A program made the position numbers and the translations under genes. The notes below the pieces were generated by a model. It was not told the DNA's origin. It saw only the letters and a program-made list of their open reading frames with translations, and searched no databases. DNA of 64,000 nt from Styela clava (taxonomy: Eukaryota): NCBI RefSeq assembly GCF_964204865.1, contig NC_135253.1:13764001-13828000 (forward strand), written 5' to 3'. Positions 54,601 to 64,000 of this stretch are shown piece by piece (positions within the stretch are counted from its first letter, which is position 1; each line of letters begins with the position of its first letter).

Positions 54601-56177
54601 ACACAACGTTGCAAGTGAGTGCATGAGTGCAAAACACAACATGAGACTGTATCAACAAATGCATAAACGAATAAAATTATTTTGTTTTAAGACACGGTAA
54701 ATACAAGAAAACTGTTTTTTAAGAATTCACGTAATTAGGCGATACAAATTTGCAGGTCAATTTCAGGCTCGAATTTGTCCTCTTTACAATAAAACTTGAC
54801 TCGCATCAAATCGAAACAGGACAAATAACATTTCTCTTGAAATTGATCACCATATATATATATATATATAAGCTTGAATCGTGTTTGTTATAAAATATGA
54901 ATTTATTTTAACACTTTCGCCATAACTCTACAAATAAAATACTCATACTACTGAAAAAATAATTATTGTGATTGTGATTTGTGGAGAAACCTTATAAATT
55001 AAGTTTATAACGTGTACTAATGATATAAGTGCTTACTAACGAGAAAAAACATGTTCAAGGAATACTGATGTTTGAGAAAGTCATTTTTTCTCAGCTTATA
55101 CAAAAAGTTTTTCGTCGCTGATATTTGCGAACATTTTTAATTCGAATTATGGTACTTTGAGAATTTATTTTAGTAGTATCCCTTTCTCCAATTGTCCAGA
55201 TATTAAGTGTGTATCGTCCAAGATAATATACCGGAATTAGTAAGAAATTCTCCTCTGAATACAAGCGCATTCCAAAAAAAAAGAAACCGTTTGTTCAGCT
55301 CCAAGTTCGCTCTGGGTCGGCCAAAAATATGTTATCAGCGTGGGGTTACGAAATAAATCGATAAAATTTAGTATTTCGTCGTTATTAATCAATATTTTTT
55401 GTTTGCGCAGGATCCTTTGAGGACTTTGTTTTTCGAATGCATAAACATATCAAGTATAGCTTTTGAGACTAAGTACCAACCGGATAATGTTTGAAATATG
55501 TCGAAATATGGCAGGATAAACGAGTATAGTGTTTACACAGCCTGATTTTCCGGACAGGACACAAAATGACAGTGAATAAATAAAGAAACTTTCGCCCATC
55601 AACATCACGGACATCCGCATTATGGTGCAATATATCATTCGAAAACTAGCAAATTTAAGTTGGATTCATCAAACAGGATATTATTCTACCGTAGTAGTAT
55701 TATATTATAGACATATCTTCACCAAACTTAGGACACCAATGATTTGTGCCCGACCATAGAAATGTTTTTCATAGAATTACATACACACGAACAAGCATGG
55801 AAATTATTAAAGACGCTTGGTGGTGATGTTGTGATTATGAAAAAGTCAATTTTTGTAGAATCATCCGACATTTAAAACGTTCATCACGCTGTACTTGAAA
55901 CGTAATGACGTACAAAAAAAATGATATCTTGTGTATTGTTTGCCCGTGGGTTTGAATCTTTTTTTTTTCTTGCATAATAATTGTATCCGGGATGTTCCAC
56001 TTCAGTATTTCACTTGAACACCCCGGATGCTTCATTGCTATAAAAGGGCCTGCGTTCGAATATTCTACCAAACCAGCGCAATTTCATTGCGCGCGTGTAT
56101 TTTTGTCGATAACAAAAAGATAAAACAATAGGAAAGAAAATATTGTTTTGCATTACGATAAATATTAGGCAAAAGCG

Positions 56178-59100
56178 ATGTCTACCACAGCTTTATTACT
56201 GTGGATATGGACCCTGCTGGCTGCCAATATTGGGTAAGTTCTATAACCTTTTATGATCATTCTTTTCGTCCATATAAATACAGTTTTTGTAATATTTCCT
56301 TTTTATATTTTTACAGGACAAATGCGTGCTCAATAGGTATGTAATTTTATTATTCAAAATTGTAGGCTGCATTTTAATATCTAACTCGTAATGGAGACAA
56401 AATTTCTACTAGTTCCTTCGTACTCAACTGGCGGACCGCGATCCGAGAGCGGTCCGTTTGCGTATTTGATCTAGACCGCACATAATTATTTATCATTAGA
56501 TCATTGGCCCCACTTTGGATCTGTGAAGGTTTCCTTGTATTAAATGGCTTTTAGAGTTTTAAAGGTTATTTTATATTTTGCATAAATTTACTTCTGACTA
56601 TATATGAAAAAGAACTGTAACACCATAATAAACTATGCAAATAGTGCCATCATGATTAGGAAATAATCGTTGGCCGACTGAGGAAGTGCGCGTTTTAGGA
56701 TGTCGAAATATAATTTCTGTAAAAGACCGAACCCCCACTAATTTTGAAGTTTTGTATACGAATCTTTGGTAAAATTAGTTGAGTAGCCCTGTTATATAGT
56801 ACGAATATTCTCGTAGTCATGTGAAGCAATTGCGACTGAAGTACCAACATTTTTATATTTTCACATTTCATATATCCACTATCACCTCGAATTGACCCAA
56901 AGTTGATTATTTGAGTATATCTTTAAACTAAAAAGCAGTGCTAAAATTGATCAAGGTTTAAAAAGTACATTAAAAGTCAAAAGTGGGCAAAAAAGAAAAT
57001 GAGCCATTTGCGAGCTCGTTTTGGTTAATTAAAAATTGATGAGTGTTCACATTTCAGTCTAAATAATATTCAGAATTTATTTCGTTGGACTTTTTTCATT
57101 TTACTTTATTTTATTTTCACGAAAACCTGATGTAACACTTGTCAATAAAGCTGAATGTTTTCTTTTATACATTTTTCCTATGCTTGCTGCTGATCTATTT
57201 TTCAAATATTCAGAACATATTTTTGAAAGATTTTTTACTCGCATTTTTATTTCCCATTCTAAGGCGACTTGGATATTGGAGAATGTTCTACCCTCATCGG
57301 ACCAGAGTTCTCAAATATTGACTGCACAGCAGATGGGTCTAATATGTAAGTGTACCAACTATGTATATATAAATATATATTTGAAACCATTTTTAAGTCA
57401 TATTTTTGGGGGAATTTATGGAAGAAATTTCGATTATATTTAGTGTTATTTTCTGTGGCATACTATGGCACTCTAATAACAACGACTGTCAAATCCCATT
57501 ATCGACAAAGAACCGTTCATCTAACCGGGTAAATTGTATCAGATAAATAACTCACGCTGGCCGCAAAAAATTAGTGTAATATGTATAATCCGTGGTTTGG
57601 AATTCCAGATTTGTCAAAGACGCCGGACGCAAAATAAAATATGGGTTGTCACAGCCTCTAGTGCAATATAATTCAATCATCGCTTTTTCACTCAAGTCAC
57701 TTGATCTACTTTTCAGAAATTTAAAGAGCATTGAGATATAATCTCAATTGTGTGAAATACACCATATATACACCGTACAAATTTTTTTTCGGTTGAAATA
57801 CAATTGAAAGTAAAATAAAAAAGTTATAATCCATGAATATCAAATTGACGAGCGAACTTAGTTATTCACGTGATAGCATGACGGCAGTTTGGATCAATCC
57901 GTTTGTGTACTCGCGAAACCAATGGATTTTATTCTCTGAAATAACGTCGTTGTGTACGTTTTCCAATCCGGTGTAACATAATCTTTTATGCTAGTACATG
58001 CCTGTTTATTAGCGAAATGATTATCTCCAGAATGTAACGTCATCGAACATTTACGTTAGTGCATGTCCGTTTATTATTACCAACTAGATGATAATTATCA
58101 ACAATGGTCAAAAATACTTGTCATTTATTAAATCGTCTTTATTTCCTTTCAAGAAAATGTGTGGCAAGATGTTTAACCGGATATAAGTTCAAAGACAAAG
58201 ATCCCGGGTATGAATATGAAGTCAATTGTGATACTGGCGAAGGAAGCTGGTCCGAAGACTCCTTTTCTGAATGTGTCGGTGCGTACATTTAATAACATAA
58301 TTTTTGCTGCCTATAAGTTATCCATGTTAATACTATTGATGACGTTGGAAAAATGTATCTTAGAATAATAGACGTCCATGCTTCAGTAGCCTACAGGTGT
58401 ATATTTCGCGCACTTTTTACGCACGTACAGTTTGCACTTACTTCTGGGCTCTACTCCCAGATTATCATGATTGCTTGAAATTGAAAAAACCTTGCAACGT
58501 TTGCATACATTTCCGATTAGTAGATTGATATATATTAATTTATTTATAACCAACGCGATTATCTATACCAGTGCATTTTGGTGCTAAAGCAAATAATATC
58601 TGTGCTCCTAGTTGCTCTATATGTTTTTCTAATATTTTTCAAACTTTTCTGAAATCTTATGCACTCAACTGTCTTATCTTGACCCTAATGATATTGACCC
58701 GAGTTCATCGCATCGATGTTCAAAATTAAAGAATTCCAATTTGTGGTGTGAGATAAAGTGACAGTTTCAATGAGCTAAATCTGAACAATTGCGCTTTGTT
58801 TATCACTCAAATGTCGAGGGAGATAATGTGCATTACCTGTGGGGCGGTAGTCGAATATCAGTCGCGCTGACATTACGCAATTTGGGTCATGTTAAGAGAG
58901 ATACTACTTTACCTGTATGCAATTAATATTTATCCAACCTAAAGCCTATTTATTAAGCAATATCTCTCTATTGACCCCATCAAAATTGATCTCTTCCATC
59001 TACAGACGCGAGATGCGAGATCAACGACCCTGAACATGGGTTTGCAGATTGCGACTACGTAGGCACAACAAGAATGTGTAGTCTGAAATGCGACTCTGAG

Positions 59101-62100
59101 TATCGCCACAGCGGTTCTCACCTCTTCATGTGTGACATGAAAACAGGGGACTGGAGTCCGGAGCTTCCCGAGTTAAATCAATTTCCGTCCTGCATCAAAG
59201 GAATAAAAAGGTATTTTTATTTTTTCACATCATTGCAATTTCTGTGGATGGTGCGTGATATGAGGTAGCACCAAAGAATAATATCTTAATAAATATTTTT
59301 TAATAATTTTAAATTTTAATAATGAAATGTTAAGTTAAATAAACCAAAATTAGCAGAAAAGAACTGTGTCTTGATGACGTTTCAGAGCTGGATTTGTTCC
59401 AAATATGTTTTTTACGCTCTTGCCAATTCAAGGTAATCATTATGCAGCTACGAATGAAATATGTACGATTTATTGAACAGCCGAAACCTGTTGCCAACTT
59501 GTCTAAATCAACTTAAATAATCTTCACTTTTTTGATTCAACGTTAAACATGAACATTACTTTGATATCAATACCACTTTCACGATTCTAATCTCCCATTT
59601 ACATTACGTTATGCATTTGCGTTTTCGAAGAGCTACATAAAAATGAGGTTTTATCCTTATAAAAATCAGTTTTATTATATCCACTTTTTGTGTATATTAT
59701 TTGTATACGATAAGTTTAGAGTCTTAGCCATTACAATTACTTATTAAATTGACTTTTATAAAAAAATTTTAATAGTTAATTTTTTGTGTCGGCGTGTACG
59801 TAATTGTACGTATGTGACGGTAAACTCTGCACGTTTTTGTTACTAGAAAGTGTTATTTAATGGAAGCCTAATTCATGGTACTGTATTGTATTTTACCGCA
59901 TAACGTAAAATTCTTAATTTTATTTTACTTTTTTCTCAAAGGTGTAAAAACATGCGTTCGCCCGTTAATGGCGCCGTTGCGTGTAATATCACCAATGACG
60001 AACAGAGATGTTATCCAGGATGTCCACCTGGTTATAAATTTTCTGCCGAAGTTCCTGATGTGGGGTATTTTACATGCTTAGACGGAAAATGGTCTCCATA
60101 TGACATCATTCCTGATTGCATAGAAGGAGCAGACGAGGTAAGTCAATTAATTGTTCATCAGACGTGTTGTTGTCATCATGGTAATCACGTCATCATAAAC
60201 TCAGATAGATAACTCATGAATCTAAAGATAATCATAATTCAATCGCATGATTTTTGCAGATGAACGCAGTCGGAAACGGGCATTTCACGGGTATTTACAC
60301 GAATTTGAAAGCCCCCGCAGATTTATCTGGCGTTTGTTACACATGGGGACAACATCATTATCGCACGTTTGATGGGACCGTTTTCCGACACAGAGGGGGA
60401 TGTCAGTATTTATTGGCAAGAGATTTCCCGGGAAGAAAATTTCAAATACATGTGAAAAACGATCCAAAATGTGACGGAACGGAACTGAAATGTTCCAGGT
60501 ATGTGGTGTGCAGTAGTTAAACTGATTGACTACTAATCTCCCTTCTCCATCAAGTTATCAAAACAGGGTTTCTAATTTTGAACTTATGCCTGACAAACCT
60601 ATTTTAGGGAAGTTATTATCATGTACGGAGAAGATGAACTGAGGTTGAAGAGAGATGAGGAGGACGAACCAGCAGCCTACATGGATGGCAATAAGTTGAC
60701 TCTTCCCGAAAATGTCTACGGATTGTTTGTTGAAAGAACAGCAAATTACATTATCGTCAAGGTGTGTCTGACGCCATCAATTTAATTTGTCATTTCTGAA
60801 ATTATATTTTTTATGCCAGCCGTGCAACAAAAAACGCTCACTATCATTACAAACGGCTCGCCTATAATGCAGCGGTTGGTAACAGTTGAGAAATACTAAA
60901 AATGTAGAAATTAGTTAATTTTTCTGTGTCATAAATTGTTGTATTTTTGAATATCCAATTTTAATCACAAATCTTTGTAATTTACAGGATCACAACAGCA
61001 ACCTATACGTAAAATGGGACGGAGCTGAACAAATTTGGGTTAAAGTAGACGAAGAAATGGCCAACCAAGTTGTTGGAATGTGCGGAACATTTAACGGGTA
61101 AGGAAACACTTTGTGCTAAAGGTCACGAACGGTATTTCTATAACAATTTTTCGTCACTGTAGGCCACACCTCAAAATGTATTCGAACAGTAATTCTGTTG
61201 CAGACATTCCTTAAATTGGGATTTTTCCACAAAAAAACTAAAATAGTACGATGTCAACTATTAGTAGCTTTTATCGTGTCATTTATCATCAAGAGTCCGG
61301 TCCGACAAACTGTAAAAAGTGAAGCAAAATTTCCCCCTGTTGTCCACGTTCATGTTTTATTATATTGTTATAACGCAATTATGAATGCAATAATTTCATT
61401 TCGCATGTTCATTGTGACAAAATAAACGAGCTTTGGTCAGTCCATTGTGCCCGAAGAAAGCTTTGCAAAGCTAATTGCACATTCACTTTGCATACCTGCG
61501 ATTTTTGGCAGTTCTCATATTTGCGAGCAGTTTTTTTCGACTATAAAAGTTAGCATGTCTGCCCTCCGCACACGACTAACGTACGAGCATTTGCATGATG
61601 TCTTAAGCACACCAACGCAAAATAAGGCCAAACCTCGAGACCAAATATCCAGCACAAGTGAATGAATATGTTTCATGTCTCGTTTCTGTAAGATTCAAGT
61701 GTAATTTCAACACAATACATTCAGATATCCATTTTTGTACCTAATTTTTTGGTTTGCGGCCCGCGTGGTCAATAAATTTCAAAAAGTGGCCCGCGACATG
61801 TTTTGAGTTGGAGACCCCTGCCTTACATGGACCCACACTATTAGTAAATGAATAACTACTGCTGCGAATTGCTCTTGATGTGGAGGTTTTTATATGCAGG
61901 AAATGCTCGGACGATTTTACCATATTGAATGGTGACGCCACAGAGGTTGTATCCGATCTTACGAAGTTTGCTAGTGCATGGGTGACCTCCACGGAATGCG
62001 TGGCTGATGGAAGCGATGCATATTGTAAATGGGGAGAAGGGGCTACAGAAGAAGAAAAACTACTCACAGGTTAACAATTTTAGTTTTATCTTTCTTATTG

Positions 62101-64000
62101 TATTATACCACTGACCTCTTTATCGAATTAGGTTCTCTCGTCATATATACAGAATGTTGTACCGATAGCTTTGTTTGTTTACCAAGAAAAGCAGCATCCA
62201 ACCACTTAAATGTTATTATTTGGATTCGCATTCCGCACAGGCACCGTCACATAACTTCTAATTGTATTTGTATCCTCCATCACTTTCGCTCATCAAAATT
62301 ATTTACAACTGTATGAAGTAAGCTTCGCCCGTGCATTTTACTTTCTCGTGTTCATGTATGCCGTTTAAGAATTCATTCTCTTCAGTTTGATTGTCGTGAT
62401 GTGTTTTTTCACCTATGCGAGTGTGGTTGAAAGGGCACAAACGCTGGTTACAGCATTCGCTATAAACCTTTCCCTATGTTTCGCCCCCTTTCCCGATCTT
62501 TCCGTCGTCTTTGTCTGTGTTTTTTATTCGTGAATCTGGGAAGCTTCGAATGAGTTTGGAATGTATTAAAAGTTTTGGGCGCGGCGAAGGATAAAGTAGT
62601 AATCGATCGATCTAAACAGTTGATTGGTTGTCGCAGTATGCTATAGTAAATACGCCGACTTTATATTTTAAGTTATTCGCTTCGGCAGTCTTTGTCGAAA
62701 AAGTAAGATAAAAGATAATAACTTCGCCCATCATGTTTATAACAAAATAGAGTAATTCACGAATACATAGCCTATACTAGATTGGGGGCTCCCGAAGTAT
62801 GCGAACCAAGATGGCGGACATCGGAATGTAATATGTGTACTAGGTTAGGGTTAGGCCATAATTTTAGGTATAAATACTGCGGGAGGCTCTTGGCTAGTCA
62901 TCGAACTGATAATAGGACTAAAATAAGGAAAATTGGAAAAAAATTATCGCCTAACCCTAACCTGTTACCCATATTACGTTCCAATGTCCGCCATCTTGGT
63001 TCGCATACTTCGGAAGCACCCTAGATTGTTTATCAATACGCTCTGCCTAAGACACCCAGACATTGAAAAGAAAAGTTGTAAAAGACACGAAAGTCTGCGT
63101 CGAGAGTGGTACGGTATGACCTTAGCTGAGCGCCGAGTTTGCTGAAAAAATCGGCGGACAAGTGTGACGGAGTTGGTCAAGCGTGACGAAATAAAGTGTT
63201 CCCCATATGAATTGAAAAAATAGTTTTGATGCAAAAAATATCGAGTTTTATATTACTAATGTATTAGACTTCGGTGGCTTCAACAATCTTTAATCAACGG
63301 AAGTTGAAATTAAATAGACTAATAGTTGGGAGGAAAGCGATCACAACCAACAACAGCAATTCAGCAAAACGATTAATGTGTACTCTCTTTGTTCAATACT
63401 ATACTCCAGAACCTAATAAGTATTTTGAATACAGGGCAAGCTATTGAATTGTGCGGAAATCTTATGAATACCGAATGTAGAGACATTGTCGACCCAAGTC
63501 CGTACTTTGAAGCTTGCAAGGAAGATGCATGTTTCTTCAGAGGAAAAAGAGAAGCTAAATGCAACTCGATGGCAGCCTATTTCAGAGAATGTTCCCAGAA
63601 GGGCGTTCACATTAACTGGAGAGATGAAACTGACTGTGGAGTGATGTGCCCAGTTGGTGAGTACAGTCGAATTAGGCCAGTTTGCTGTTTGTTCTATTTA
63701 ATGATATTGTTGAATCATTACAACATTCAAACAACTTTTTAAAACGGGAACATCAGACAATTCTTTAGATATTATGATGCTTAGCAACCGCCCGCTTCTT
63801 GAAATACGTTTATATCAGTAAAAATATGCATAAATAGTAATTTACTAATATTTGATACTTTATTTTGTTCGTTACAGCTACTTATCGCATTAAATTTCAT
63901 TTAGAATTTCACTCACGTTTTTTAAAAGTTATATAAATATGGAAAAATACATATTGAATCTAATTTTCAAGGTATGGTTTATGACAACTGTGGTACATCA
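56178..64000 (+). CDS. Secreted sushi(CCP)x3-VWD-C8(-TIL) protein, hemolectin/hemocytin/vWF-like; continues beyond the window
   Basis: Signal MSTTALLLWIWTLLAANIG; CCP-like exons ~58154-58278, ~59005-59210, 59942-60137; VWD CYTWGQHHYRTFDG...CQYLLA, VKWDG, GMCGTFNG..LDDF; C8 CRDIVDPSPYFEACKEDAC...AAYFRECSQKGVHINWR. Confidence 0.85.
56420..56791. mobile_element. hAT MITE, diverged copy of 45851-46184
   Basis: TACTCAACTGGCGGACCGCG...TAGTTGAGTAGCCCTG. Confidence 0.7.
61447..61820 (+). mobile_element. hAT (Charlie/SPIN-like) 3' relic
   Basis: hATC dimerization-like motif IFGSSHICEQFFSTIK...RTRLTYEHLHDVL followed by right end GAGTTGGAGACCCCTG. Confidence 0.75.
62785..63020. mobile_element. Merlin-type MITE
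   Basis: TIR GGGGCTCCCGAAGTATGCGAACC...; 8-bp TSD CTAGATTG. Confidence 0.85.

Noticed and set aside
54409-54642. ORF containing ...GYLGIL-GRRK, neuropeptide amidation-like
   Set aside because: No convincing signal peptide, exon chain or family resemblance.
1-64000. CRISPR arrays, rRNA/tRNA genes, prokaryotic operons
   Set aside because: None seen; the sequence is eukaryotic with spliceosomal introns.

Overview
AT-rich, intron-containing eukaryotic DNA, most likely an ascidian (Styela-like); this is inferred from gene content and precursor architecture, not proven. Protein-coding content: a multi-exon LDL-receptor class A (LDLa) repeat gene running off the left edge (-); two paralogous 4-exon genes for secreted cationic peptides with acidic C-terminal propieces (13.2-14.4 kb and 18.7-20.4 kb, +); a CXorf65/C22orf15-family gene (+); a coiled-coil + BEN-domain gene (-); an intronless puromycin-sensitive aminopeptidase (-); an SLC22 transporter (-); and the 5' part of a sushi-VWD-C8 hemolectin/vWF-like gene (+). 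Mobile DNA is dense: many hAT MITEs with 8-bp TSDs, two hAT transposase relics, a mariner relic, a Merlin-type MITE family carrying telomere-like hexamers, Helentron-type HINEs, a young three-LTR non-autonomous retroelement with TA...TA termini, and two tiny P-element-like footprints. The best candidate for an undescribed system is the peptide gene pair. The ORF track misses their spliced structure: signal / Arg(His,Tyr)-rich amphipathic peptide / Gly / Asp-led acidic propiece. That is the clavanin/styelin precursor logic, but with a mature sequence I do not recognise.
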